IMG/VR virus record: IMGVR_UViG_3300043438_001049
Length of the DNA stretch: 57,512 nt
Origin: an uncultured virus (IMG/VR IMGVR_UViG_3300043438_001049)
Taxonomy: Duplodnaviria; Heunggongvirae; Uroviricota; Caudoviricetes
Strand: one strand, 5' to 3'
Shown piece by piece: positions 1-10,200 of this stretch (position 1 is its first letter; the number at the start of each line of letters is the position of its first letter). The position numbers and the translations under genes are program-made. Under the pieces are notes generated by a model, which was not told the DNA's origin, ran no database searches, and was given only the letters and a program-made list of their open reading frames with translations.

Positions 1-173
1 AGTCCACGACCTTCATTATAGTTTGCTGAGTCTTCATCAAGTTCTTCGATAAATCGAATCTTAACTGATTGTCCGTCAGCGAGTTTTAGCCATTTTAACT
101 TTGGCCCGTCGTTTTCATACTTTGGCTTGTCGAGCAGGGCATTAATGTTCTTGAGTCCCTTTACTACGCTCAT
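1..173 (-). CDS. N-terminal part of probable ssDNA-binding (gp32-like) protein; runs off window start
   Basis: ATG at 171-173 preceded by AAGGAG SD; translates MSVVKGLKNINALLDKPKYENDGPKVKWLKLADGQSVKIRFIEELDEDS...; 'WLKL.DG.S.KIRF' resembles gp32-like SSB N-termini; directly downstream of primase. Confidence 0.5.
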   Translation of the reverse strand, partial: MSVVKGLKNINALLDKPKYENDGPKLKWLKLADGQSVKIRFIEELDEDSANYNEGRG

Positions 174-196
174 ATATTTCTCCTTTGTTTGTTATA

Positions 197-1141
197 TTAG
201 TTTAGCATAAGAGATATTGATTTGTCAAACTGGAACTCTAAATTCTTAAGTTCTTCGTCTGGCATATCTCCAATATCCTTATACTGATTGTTTAGTTTAA
301 TAACAGAAACACGAGTAGAAAGTTTTTCAACTATCCTATCTTTCATGTTTCCTCCCGCCTCATCGTTATCGGCAATAACAATAATGTTATTGAAATACTT
401 TTGAAGCAATTCTGTTTGTATGTTTGATACGTTTGCACCCAAGGTTGCAACGGCTGGAAGACCTACTTGGTCAAGCCTTATTGCATCAAATGATGACTCC
501 ACTACATATACTCTATCAGACTTTTTTACTCTATGCAAGTTAAATAATGTTTTACTTTTTGGAAGTCCTGGAGTATTCTTAAAATCTTTTCCTTCAATAG
601 ATCTGCCAACAAATCCAATTGGAATCCCATCTGGGCTATGGACTGGAACGGTAACCATATCTTGCTTATCAGAATAGCCAAGTGAAAACTTTGCCCAGGA
701 CTGCATCTCTATGTGTCTTGATTTAAAATAATTTTTTGGTCTATCTAATAAAACTAAATTGTTATAAAGTCTTTTTAATATATCTATGTCAAATTGTTTA
801 AACTCTTCTTCAACTATTAGGCTTTTATTTATGTCATCAACAAGATTACTTAATTTTTCTTTTGATTTGATATATCTTGCTGATTCAAAATAGGTTCTTC
901 CAGAAGTATGCATTATTAGTTCAAGAAGGTCTGCTGTTTTCTGACAAGAAAAACAAAAGAATAAACCGTTTGATTTATGTACTTCTCCTGCTGGGGTTCT
1001 GTGGTTGTTGTGAAATGGACAAAAGACTATATAGTTATCTGATAAATCAGACTCAATATCTATACCCGATCCTGTAAGGACTCTTTTAACTTGGTCTGCG
1101 GTATAAAGATTGGATTCGTTCCGTCTATTCCTGCTATCCAT
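197..1141 (-). CDS. dnaG: DNA primase (DnaG-like, CHC2 Zn finger + TOPRIM)
   Basis: CPFH...CFSC zinc finger; TOPRIM motifs VVESSFDA, ATLGA, ADNDEAG, KDIGD. Confidence 0.92.
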   Translation of the reverse strand: MDSRNRRNESNLYTADQVKRVLTGSGIDIESDLSDNYIVFCPFHNNHRTPAGEVHKSNGLFFCFSCQKTADLLELIMHTSGRTYFESARYIKSKEKLSNLVDDINKSLIVEEEFKQFDIDILKRLYNNLVLLDRPKNYFKSRHIEMQSWAKFSLGYSDKQDMVTVPVHSPDGIPIGFVGRSIEGKDFKNTPGLPKSKTLFNLHRVKKSDRVYVVESSFDAIRLDQVGLPAVATLGANVSNIQTELLQKYFNNIIVIADNDEAGGNMKDRIVEKLSTRVSVIKLNNQYKDIGDMPDEELKNLEFQFDKSISLMLN

Positions 1142-1413
1142 TCGCTTTTCCTTTTCCCTGCGTAAACTGCCTGTATTGATAATTCAAATTCGTAAAAGTT
1201 CTTTTTATCATTATATCGTATAGTGAAGTCTGGGTCAAGGTCAAGCCTTGGCACATACCCGCTTAGTTTCATTTCTGAGACTAATAATCTTACATATTCT
1301 ATTTTAAGTCTACCAATCATAGAGTCGTCATGAATTACTCCATCAAGATAAAACTTTTTTATAGGTTTATGATGATAGAACGTAGGTGGTAAAGACTCCA
1401 TGTTTTCTGACAT
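1060..1413 (-). CDS. hypothetical protein
   Basis: 117-aa ORF between helicase and primase; TATAAT 5 nt upstream of ATG (leaderless layout). Confidence 0.7.
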   Translation of the reverse strand: MSENMESLPPTFYHHKPIKKFYLDGVIHDDSMIGRLKIEYVRLLVSEMKLSGYVPRLDLDPDFTIRYNDKKNFYEFELSIQAVYAGKRKSEWIAGIDGTNPIFIPQTKLKESLQDRV

Positions 1414-1425
1414 ATCATATTATAA

Positions 1426-2646
1426 CTACTTATCTTCAAAATCTTTATATCGATAGTATCCCTTGTCAAAATCACATTGAACTAGGAAATCTCCCATAAA
1501 CCCATTACGGTTTTTTCTAAAGGCGCATTCAATGATATCGCTATTAGTCCCACGGCCAAGAGCAAGCACCCAGTCTGCATCGTAAGCAATCTGTCTAGAC
1601 CATGCAGTTTGACCAAGTGTCGGGACTGAAGATAGATCATTAACATCATCTGGTGTAGCAGAAGAAATAGCAATAATTGGCACTTCTTCACCAATAGCCA
1701 TTAGTTTAAGTTCTCTTGAAAGGTTCTTCATTCGTACCGTTTCATTATCTGACTTCTGATTAGGAGCCATTAACTGAAGGTAGTCAACGATTACAAAGTC
1801 TGGTTTGTATTGATCAATCTTTCCACGAAGAACAGAGGGGTTAATTTCCCCACCCTGGTCATTTGATATGATGTGAAATTCTGGCTTGCCTTTAAGATTT
1901 TTTTCATGCCATTCTTTTAGCATGTCCATCTCAACTTCGCCATTACTTAATTTTCTATGAGACCAACGACCTTCACCCATAATTGTAAATACACGATTAC
2001 GAACTTCTGTCTCAGACATTTCAAGACTAATGACTAGAGGGCTTTTCCCCTGCTTCCATGCTTGAACTGCAAAGTATAATGCTAACCAAGATTTTCCAAT
2101 ACCTGGATATGCTAAAAACACTCCAAGTTGGCCAGGCATAATTCCTGAAGGAAGGTAGTTATCAAACCCTGGCAGTCCAGTCTTAATGCCAACATGACCA
2201 AGAAGTTGTTGCTTTTTTAGATTTTCAAAATAGGCAACGGCAGAATCAAGATCAGTAACATCGATATCACGAATTGCAGATGTATTCTTTTTTAATTCTG
2301 ATGTCTTTGTAATTAAATCATTTAATGCAACAACACCCTGATTATTTTGAACATTTGTTGCTGCCGACCTTAGAATATCTTTTAGGCTATCATTTAAATA
2401 TTCACCCTGAAGTTCTTCAAGGTGGTGCTTTGTTGCTCCCACGCTTGCTACTGGTTCAAAGTCTCTAAACTTTTCTGTAACTAATTCTGCTGGAGGCAAG
2501 GATGCATTAGCCTCAAAATATAAACGAATAAACTCCCAAATGTCTCCGTGGGTTCTTAAAAGGTTATCAACATTGGCTTGAAGTAGAACATGCATCTGCT
2601 TATCTTTAAGTACTGCTGTAATAAGTTTTGACTCTGTATTATTCAC
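1426..2646 (-). CDS. dnaB: replicative DnaB-like helicase
   Basis: Walker A AYPGIGKS, SLEMS, Walker B VIVDYLQLM, IAYDAD, KNRNG motifs. Confidence 0.93.
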   Translation of the reverse strand: MNNTESKLITAVLKDKQMHVLLQANVDNLLRTHGDIWEFIRLYFEANASLPPAELVTEKFRDFEPVASVGATKHHLEELQGEYLNDSLKDILRSAATNVQNNQGVVALNDLITKTSELKKNTSAIRDIDVTDLDSAVAYFENLKKQQLLGHVGIKTGLPGFDNYLPSGIMPGQLGVFLAYPGIGKSWLALYFAVQAWKQGKSPLVISLEMSETEVRNRVFTIMGEGRWSHRKLSNGEVEMDMLKEWHEKNLKGKPEFHIISNDQGGEINPSVLRGKIDQYKPDFVIVDYLQLMAPNQKSDNETVRMKNLSRELKLMAIGEEVPIIAISSATPDDVNDLSSVPTLGQTAWSRQIAYDADWVLALGRGTNSDIIECAFRKNRNGFMGDFLVQCDFDKGYYRYKDFEDK

Positions 2647-2947
2647 TTAGCCACTCCTTTGCCATTCTTCTACGCTCTGCTCTTTCTAAACTGTCTTTTA
2701 TATTATCTTTTTGTGCCTTTAATATTTTTTCTGCGTTATATGCAAAGTAGTTCCAAGAGGGGTTCTCTGCAACTGAAAAGTAATACTCAAGTATATCGTA
2801 ACACCCTGGTAGTGTGTATGATTCAACAAGAGCATCGGAGGCCCACTGTTCTACATTTAAGTTAAGGGATGGCTTAGATTCGTACCTTGCGGTATGATAC
2901 TTACTGTATCTTGAAAGCAAAGCCATACGGTCTTTGCGTTCTACCAT
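2639..2947 (-). CDS. hypothetical protein upstream of helicase
   Basis: 102-aa ORF overlapping helicase start by 8 nt, operon-like packing. Confidence 0.7.
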   Translation of the reverse strand: MVERKDRMALLSRYSKYHTARYESKPSLNLNVEQWASDALVESYTLPGCYDILEYYFSVAENPSWNYFAYNAEKILKAQKDNIKDSLERAERRRMAKEWLSE

Positions 2948-3156
2948 TATGCTTCGGCAGCCTCTTCTTGTGCTTCCCTAATTTTGTCTGTAAGTTTATC
3001 TTCAACAAACTTGTAAACACGCTCAAAAGCCTGATCAACAGTCTCTCCACTCTTGCGAGAATCTGAAACGCCAAGATCAAGTCTTAGTGATTGAAAGTTG
3101 CCAAGGTTAAGTGTGTACCCAAGTGTAACGGATACCTTTGTCTCTTCGTTTTCCAT
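2947..3156 (-). CDS. small hypothetical phage protein (start reassigned to ATG 3154-3156)
   Basis: MENEETKVSVTLGYTLNLGNFQSLRLDLG...; GAAGGG SD upstream; the longer ORF call (to 3207) reads into a gene remnant. Confidence 0.75.
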   Translation of the reverse strand: MENEETKVSVTLGYTLNLGNFQSLRLDLGVSDSRKSGETVDQAFERVYKFVEDKLTDKIREAQEEAAEA

Positions 3157-3169
3157 TTTATACCCTTCG

Positions 3170-3304
3170 TTAAATAGATTCATTCCACACTGGAATAAAT
3201 CGTCCATCTTTAGTTCTCGTATATGTAAGTATACCGTCTCCTATGCGCCTTGTCAACTCTTGGCTTGTAGGAGTCATGTTATTTGTTATTAATTTGTCTT
3301 TTCT
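3170..3304 (-). pseudogene. orphan diverged copy of the last 44 codons + stop of gene 3982-4524
   Basis: Translates RKDKLITNNMTPTSQELTRRIGDGILTYTRTKDGRFIPVWNESI* versus RKDKLITNDITPSKQELTRRMGDGILTYRKTEDGRFIPVWNESI* at 3982-4116 (36/44 identical by manual count). Confidence 0.85.
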
Positions 3305-3936
3305 TAATTGTACTTAAATGTATCAAATTCCCAGGCCCACTCATGTGCAATATCTTGCATCTGCTTTTCTGAAAACACATCTTTTGGAGTTATTTCTTTT
3401 GGCCTATGATTTTTTTGATATACATTTAAATCTAAATGCAATCCTTTGGGCTCTAAAATTTGATTAATACCTGGCTCAATGCCATCTTCATATTTAATAA
3501 CATTTTTAACCTGAATAGTGCCATCCTTTGAGTATAAATCTTTTGTGCTTTTTAACCACCCACGCCAATCTTTTCTTAAAGTGTTTTCAAAATATTTATT
3601 TACAAAGTCAGGTCTATCTCCATATAAATAGTTTTGCATATTACCTGTATACTCTATCTGCAAAAAGAAATCTGATAAGACTGTATCGTATGGATTTCTG
3701 ACTACAACGCATGAATCTACTTCAGATAAATTTTCAATTAGTGCTTCTAATTCTGAATATGGGATATGATTAAAAAATTTTTCATGATTTCTTGGACTAT
3801 GTCTTTCATCTATTGGATATACTGGTGTTACAGCAGCATCTTTATCCATTATTTGAGATAAACAAATTTCAGTTGAAGACCCTCCAACTTTTTTGTTTTT
3901 TAAATATAAAAAATTATATTTTTTTGAATATATCAT
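3304..3936 (-). CDS. sulfotransferase family protein (Sulfotransfer_2-like)
   Basis: 5'-PSB-like motif FLYLKNKKVGGSSTE and 3'-PB motif VVRNPYDTVLSDFF; IKYED near C-terminus; very AT-rich. Confidence 0.72.
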   Translation of the reverse strand: MIYSKKYNFLYLKNKKVGGSSTEICLSQIMDKDAAVTPVYPIDERHSPRNHEKFFNHIPYSELEALIENLSEVDSCVVVRNPYDTVLSDFFLQIEYTGNMQNYLYGDRPDFVNKYFENTLRKDWRGWLKSTKDLYSKDGTIQVKNVIKYEDGIEPGINQILEPKGLHLDLNVYQKNHRPKEITPKDVFSEKQMQDIAHEWAWEFDTFKYN

Positions 3937-3981
3937 TTAATGCGTCCAGTTTCGTTTTTCATTACCACACCCATTTCTAAA

Positions 3982-4524
3982 TTATATAGACTCATTCCAT
4001 ACTGGAATAAATCGTCCATCTTCAGTTTTCCTATAAGTAAGTATACCATCGCCCATTCTTCGTGTCAACTCTTGTTTGCTAGGCGTAATATCATTAGTAA
4101 TTAATTTATCTTTTCTTGGTCGACCAATATGATATGAAGCAAGTATATCACGTATCTCTTTTACTTGCGATTCTGAATAATATGATCTTACCTGAAACCC
4201 TCTTGCTCCACCTTTTTGAGATCCCGTTGGAAATGGAATGACTCCTCGTTTCATTAGTGATGGCATATATTTTTTATGACGATTAACTAAATCAGCAGTC
4301 TGACCTACCGTGTATGCTCGCTCTCTTTTATTTCTAAAATCATTAATTAAACAACTTTCAATTTGATCTTTGTTTATATTATAAACAGACATTATTCCAT
4401 TAGAGTGATTGTAGTGATGTATTCTAACTAGGTCTCCATTAAGAAACCAAACTTTTTTGTTACCTGGTATTACAGGTGACTCATTGTACTTTTCGCTCTC
4501 AATAGTTCCCTTTTTAGTAACCAT
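3982..4524 (-). CDS. MerR-like helix-turn-helix DNA-binding protein
   Basis: YTVGQTADLVNRHKKYMPSLMKRGVIP...RSYYSESQVKEIRDIL fits the MerR winged-HTH pattern. Confidence 0.6.
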   Translation of the reverse strand: MVTKKGTIESEKYNESPVIPGNKKVWFLNGDLVRIHHYNHSNGIMSVYNINKDQIESCLINDFRNKRERAYTVGQTADLVNRHKKYMPSLMKRGVIPFPTGSQKGGARGFQVRSYYSESQVKEIRDILASYHIGRPRKDKLITNDITPSKQELTRRMGDGILTYRKTEDGRFIPVWNESI

Positions 4525-4661
4525 TGTCCCTCCAAAGTGTGGCTAGGTGGATGAAAAAATACTCTTACTCCGCAAGTCATACAATATACTTCTAGATGGT
4601 TAATCTCAGTATATTGCCTATCTATGAACATTCTTCCCTTACATTTTTTGCATGACATCAT
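4470..4661 (-). CDS. small Zn-ribbon protein
   Basis: CKKC...CMTCG pairs in 63 aa; 1-nt overlap with upstream stop. Confidence 0.65.
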   Translation of the reverse strand: MMSCKKCKGRMFIDRQYTEINHLEVYCMTCGVRVFFHPPSHTLEGQWLLKRELLRAKSTMSHL

Positions 4662-5104
4662 TAATTTGGTATTCCAATAATTATTAGATTAATACCAATA
4701 CTTGTGTCGCCTCCAGCATTAAATTTAACTGTGCCCTCAACTTTAGAAGTTGAGACACTTTTTAATGTAACTGTAACATCTTTACCAGCATCAGTATTTC
4801 CAACGTTAACTGGTGTTGCTGTTACAACTGGTGCAAACTTAAACTCGCTTGAAAAATCATAAGAAAATGGCTGAGAAGATCCAGCAGTCTGTGTTGTGCT
4901 TGTTGTAACTTGAACATACCCACCAATGATTCTTGCCTCAGATGCTTTTACGCTTTGTTTTCCAGCGTTAGGCGTGTCTATGGTTACATATTTATATGCT
5001 GATGGTGATACCTGAACAGAAAGATCATTAATAGCCTTAACAATCTGATAGATATATGTTACATCTAGTGGTTGACCTCGCTCTGGTACGGGTAATATTG
5101 CCAT
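4661..5104 (-). CDS. putative minor tail/virion protein
   Basis: beta-rich C-terminus (F..F..APVVTAT); end of tail module; extended -10 6 nt upstream of ATG. Confidence 0.55.
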   Translation of the reverse strand: MAILPVPERGQPLDVTYIYQIVKAINDLSVQVSPSAYKYVTIDTPNAGKQSVKASEARIIGGYVQVTTSTTQTAGSSQPFSYDFSSEFKFAPVVTATPVNVGNTDAGKDVTVTLKSVSTSKVEGTVKFNAGGDTSIGINLIIIGIPN

Positions 5105-5110
5105 ACTATA

Positions 5111-5119
5111 ATTATACCA
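5111..5119 (-). promoter_or_regulatory. extended -10 promoter TGGTATAAT, leaderless layout
   Basis: 6 nt upstream of ATG 5104; contains the TAA stop of the upstream gene. Confidence 0.65.
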
Positions 5120-5540
5120 GACTTACGATTCCAGAGTCATAGACTTCTAAGTTTTCTGTAAGTGCTGGATTAATAGATGATATTTGAACTATAGCCCTTA
5201 CTGACTGTGTTCCTGTTTTTAAAAATGAATAGTTTTGTGATCCAGATGTTCCTAGATAAGACGGAGTTGCTCCATCAAACCCTACAAAGATATCATAGGT
5301 TATTTGTATTGAAACTTCTCCTACTGCCCAATTTAGAAAAATTGTATTACCAATAATATTAAGATCTCCTGGACCAGTAACAACAGCCTCAGAACCAAGA
5401 ATAAATATTTTTGAATATGCTGACTTTCTGTTTTTATCTTCTGCTATTAATCTAAATCTTAAAACTCTTGAATTAGACGATGTTACTTTTCCAAGTAAAT
5501 CTTTTTTAATAATAACATTTTTTATTCCTTTGTCTGCCAT
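5112..5540 (-). CDS. putative tail protein
   Basis: 142-aa beta-rich ORF in tail operon. Confidence 0.55.
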   Translation of the reverse strand: MADKGIKNVIIKKDLLGKVTSSNSRVLRFRLIAEDKNRKSAYSKIFILGSEAVVTGPGDLNIIGNTIFLNWAVGEVSIQITYDIFVGFDGATPSYLGTSGSQNYSFLKTGTQSVRAIVQISSINPALTENLEVYDSGIVSLV

Positions 5541-6694
5541 TATCCAACATCCAAGGCAAATCTAAACTCAATATAGTTTGTTGTGTTTGCTGATTTTATA
5601 ATTGGTTTTGCACCTACACTTTTAATTACAGAGTATCCAGTAAGTCCATACAAAGAATTTGTAGAAGTAATATTTTCAAGTCTTAGCCCATCTAAACAAA
5701 CATAAAATAAGTCAGAAGGCAATCCAGCCTCTGTTACGCAAGCATAAATTTTTGCTACAGTAACTTCTCTCCAGTCAAAGTTATCTGTTTTGTTTAAATC
5801 TTTAAGTGCTTTTGTAGCAACAACATATCTGTTTAAAGCAAAATTTGTTTCTTTTGCTGCTGTTCCAGCAGAGTATCCTATATCATCAATATCTACCTCA
5901 AACCTTGCATACTCTTGTGAAGAGTTTAGGCCAGTATAAGAAAATTCCAATAAGATTTTAACATTGTCTGGCACTGTATTTGAGTTAGCAACCTTGTTGA
6001 CAACAGAAAATGCTAATCTTAGTTCATCTAATGGACTATTTTTTGTAAGATCTACTGCTGTATTGTTTAGCCTTATGTATTTAGATCCAGTGCCAACTAC
6101 AATTTTACCTAACTGGTTACTTGTAAGGGTTGAATCATTTCCAACTATAGCAATAATATTATTTAAAAATCTGCATCTTTCATTTCTTGTTACTCTATCT
6201 GATTGAGTAAATATTCTATTGTCTGCATTTGTTGCAAAAACATTAAGGGTTTGATTTATAATTCCGTTGTTATCGTCTCCATCAAGTGGTTCATATTTTG
6301 GTTCTATATCGATTGCAGCAGAACCAAAAGGTTGGTATAGCCAATTGTCAGTATCTGCAAAAGAATAAATTGTTCGGCTATCAAAAGATCCAGCAATTGG
6401 GTTTGACGCAGCAGAGAATATTCCAACCTCAGTAATCTCATATCTTTCTTCTGTTGGCAACTCTGCTGTTAATACTACCTTATCTATCCCGCCCTCATTT
6501 ACGAATCCTCTAGAAATAATAGGAACACGAAACATCTCAAAATCTAAGGAATTTTTTAGTGCATAGTCTCCAAAAACACCCCCATCAGAAGCCACTGGGC
6601 TAGGCCCACAGCCCACAGCAATGTGTGAGGCATATGATTGTGTCTGACCCACAAGATACTTGGCTAAAAGATTTTTACCTATATTAGTTATCAT
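5540..6694 (-). CDS. putative tail/baseplate protein
   Basis: N-terminal MITNIGKNLLA...HIAVGCG...EITEVGIFS resembles tail collar/baseplate N-terminal domains. Confidence 0.6.
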   Translation of the reverse strand: MITNIGKNLLAKYLVGQTQSYASHIAVGCGPSPVASDGGVFGDYALKNSLDFEMFRVPIISRGFVNEGGIDKVVLTAELPTEERYEITEVGIFSAASNPIAGSFDSRTIYSFADTDNWLYQPFGSAAIDIEPKYEPLDGDDNNGIINQTLNVFATNADNRIFTQSDRVTRNERCRFLNNIIAIVGNDSTLTSNQLGKIVVGTGSKYIRLNNTAVDLTKNSPLDELRLAFSVVNKVANSNTVPDNVKILLEFSYTGLNSSQEYARFEVDIDDIGYSAGTAAKETNFALNRYVVATKALKDLNKTDNFDWREVTVAKIYACVTEAGLPSDLFYVCLDGLRLENITSTNSLYGLTGYSVIKSVGAKPIIKSANTTNYIEFRFALDVG

Positions 6695-7212
6695 TAATTA
6701 CTCCCACTATGTATTGTATCATCAAAAATACTTCCACTGTTCAATATATTAATTTCTGCTTGCTCGCCCTCTTTGACATTAACTAAGTTAATAACTAGGT
6801 CTCCGCTTATCGGATCTATGTAGACTGACTTACAGTTTGGCACTTTAACTCCATCCACCATATCATATCCTGTACCACAAACTGGCAGATGGTCAAATAT
6901 GGATAAAGATAAAGACTTAAGATACGAATCAGATGCCTGGAGTCTTAAAACATTATTTGGATTGTATTGTAGATATAAATCTGTCAAATTTTTAATCGGG
7001 GTATAAATAACCTTTTGCCCATTTACCAGGTCATGCCTAGATATAGTGGCAAGTTCATATCCTCCAATATCCTCAAATATAAGGTCTGTCATTATTTCAA
7101 TAGACATGGCCTCATCATTTAAAAGAATTAAATCTGGAGTAGCAATTTTTACTGAGTTATCTTGAGATGCGCTTTCTGGATATGGAAGATTTGCTGTTGC
7201 GCTTGTTGTCAT
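6694..7212 (-). CDS. putative tail protein
   Basis: 172-aa ORF with 1-nt overlaps to both neighbours in the tail operon. Confidence 0.55.
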   Translation of the reverse strand: MTTSATANLPYPESASQDNSVKIATPDLILLNDEAMSIEIMTDLIFEDIGGYELATISRHDLVNGQKVIYTPIKNLTDLYLQYNPNNVLRLQASDSYLKSLSLSIFDHLPVCGTGYDMVDGVKVPNCKSVYIDPISGDLVINLVNVKEGEQAEINILNSGSIFDDTIHSGSN

Positions 7213-10200
7213 TATAAAACCTCACTTAAAAATACTGTCATGTCTGGACCACTTGGACCTCTTGAAAAATCAATATTATATACAACAAATCTGCTCAATG
7301 CATTTGATGCCATACTTATTCCATTTTCTTGATAGTCTAAACTTACTATGTCACCAAGTTGAATTGTAGGTATTGCAAATATTTTAACTCCGATAGACTT
7401 TCTTGGCTTTGATGTTTTTTCAACCATCCACTTCATTAAGTTTGAGGCTTCATCTTGTGATTGAATATATGGAGTAGTTAGTGAAAAATCTTTTTTCCCG
7501 TAAGTCATTCTACTTAATTTTATATCTTGATAATCTTGTTTAAATTTAAAAGGATTTGAAATTAATTTATCTGCAACAAACTGTGGGCTTGATTCAAGAG
7601 TATTCTTATTAAAATATTCATCAACTGTTAGGTTGTTATCTGACTCCTGTGTAAAAGTAATTCCCTGAATTCTTAAATAGTTCCCACTTGTTTCGTCTAG
7701 ACTAAGCGCAGTGTCTGTTGCATTAAATATCATAAACTCAGCACCGTATGATCCTGCTCTAAAACCAGAAACGACATACCCCTTTATTTTATTAAATGTT
7801 GGAGAAATTTTTGCAGTTAATGCTGGATAAGCCTTATCATATTTAAAATTAAACACTGCTGCTTCTCTCATAATGCTGCCAAACTCTTCAAAATATATGT
7901 CATACTTTGGAGGTTCTGACGAACCAATTCCAGAAAGATATGTATTTTGTATTAAACCACTAATGGCATACTTTCTAAAAGACTCATTAGCGTCAATTTC
8001 AGAATCTCCGAATACAGAATTTACTGGTGCGCCCAAAGAAAATGATGTGTTTTGAGAATAGTTATTGCATAGTGCATAAACATTTTCAAACATTGCTCTT
8101 GAAGATCCTCTTGTAAATAATGCTATGTTAGAATATATAGGAAGTGGATCATTATCATCTACTGTTTTTATTAGTTTGCCGTTAATGTATAAGTAGAATC
8201 TTCTTGTCTTTCCTATGTCTTCATATTCTACTGCTAAATCATATACCGTTGGATTTTCCTCAGCAAAAACTCTTGACTGCCCAGTAAATCTTCCATCATC
8301 AACAGTAATTGTAGCAAGACCATCCCAAAGGCCAACAGGAATTGCCTTACTATTATCAGATTTTATTTTGTAGAAAAAAACATTACTAACGCTTTGTCTA
8401 TCTGTTTCTGACAAATTACCTAGTCCAAGTGCTGCTATCTCAAAATAATATCCTACATTTGTTGTTGGATTTAACATTACTGCAATTCCAGCAGAACCAC
8501 CCGCAACGTTAATATTTTTATCTGGTGTAGAACCATTTACAACATAGTAAGTTGAGGATCCATTGGTTGTCTGACCACGGTCTTCATTGCTTTCAATCTT
8601 ACCAATAATTCTTAGTCTTGTTCCAAAGTGTTTATACTTTTTTCCTTCTAATGATTTATGAACATATGAAATAAAATTTCTTGGCTTTTCTTTAGTAGCA
8701 AAGTTTGGGCCAGTCAAAGAAAGTGCTGATGATTGAACTGAGCCTGGGACTTGTTGAGTATTTGTGGTTATCTCTCCCACAACAGAAGTTGACAGAAAGT
8801 TTTTAATAATTCCGCTTCTAGATGAAGTTCTTGCTAAAGCATCAGAAGATATTCCAGAGTCAGTTAATTTTCCAGATAATGCAACGGTGGTTGCAGGTAA
8901 AGTTAAATCTTTTTGAAACAAATACTCTGATGACATGTAACAACCTTTAACATTGTCATCTGATTTCCAGTAATCAGCAATTCCAGCATTGTGTGCAACA
9001 ACAGTAGTTCCAAATTGTCCACGACCATGCTTTTGAACTTCTCCATTTTGTAATCTAATAACACCAGATTGCTCAAAATATTTTGGTTCAGAATAAATTC
9101 TTACAAGGCCAGTTGGATATATCTTTCCATTGAATGGAAGTTTAGAAAAATAATTTTGATAGTCTTCTGTAGAAGTTATCCAAACATTTCCAAAACCAGT
9201 AACGTTGTATTGAACTGCATCATATTTTATAATTTCTCCTTGTGAATAAAAATATCCATTATATCTTGTAATCCAATACGCTGCTTCACCAAGACTAAAT
9301 GTATTATTAATTACAATGTTATTTTTTACAATTGGCACATCTGCTAAAAGATTAGAGTTTAGTGGTATAGCGCTAAGAACATATGCAGACTGCTTGTTTA
9401 CTTCGTTATTTATTGACTTTGTATTTTCTGTTCCAGACACTTCCCACAATAGAGCAGGCTTATAAGTGTAAAATCTTTCATCATCTAAGAGGCTTGCTTG
9501 TCTTAAAGAGCCAATAGATCTTTGTATATGTCTTGTTGTGTAATTAATTACTCCATCATTGTATACATTGTTTGTCTGGCTAGATACAGAAATCACATTT
9601 GCAAGTTTAGCATTTGCAAGTGTTTTATTTTTAATTTCATTATCTTGAAACAGATCGTTAGTTCCCCTAAGTTCAAAGGTTGTTGGTCTTTGTTCTTTTG
9701 TTGGCATAATATAGTCTTTGCTCATCATAACAAAGTTATTGTATTCATCAAAAAACATTGCAGTTTGAGTTGATACCGCTAAATCTTGAAGAATTTGTGC
9801 AACGCTGTTGTCTGGCCCAACAAAGAAATATGGAATTATTGTTTCTTTTTCATTTGCCACTCTTCTAAATGTGTAATTAGAAAAACCAATATGGTCTAAT
9901 AAAAGAGAAACAGCAGAACTTACAGATACTTCTGTCATTAATATTTGTGGTGCAGTTATTGATTCTAGATACCAATACATATCTCTTAAGGAAAGGGACA
10001 CAGTTTTATTCATAAGATCCTGCTTGGGAAATGAATCGGCATATAGTGTTTTAATTGGAACCCAGTAATCCCAGCCTGCAACATCAACAATTACTTCATA
10101 AAACTTAAACTGAACATGTCTATTTATATATTTTGCTATAATACTTGACTGATTGTTTTCATTAAATGCTTGATCATAATCAAATATATTAATATTTCCA

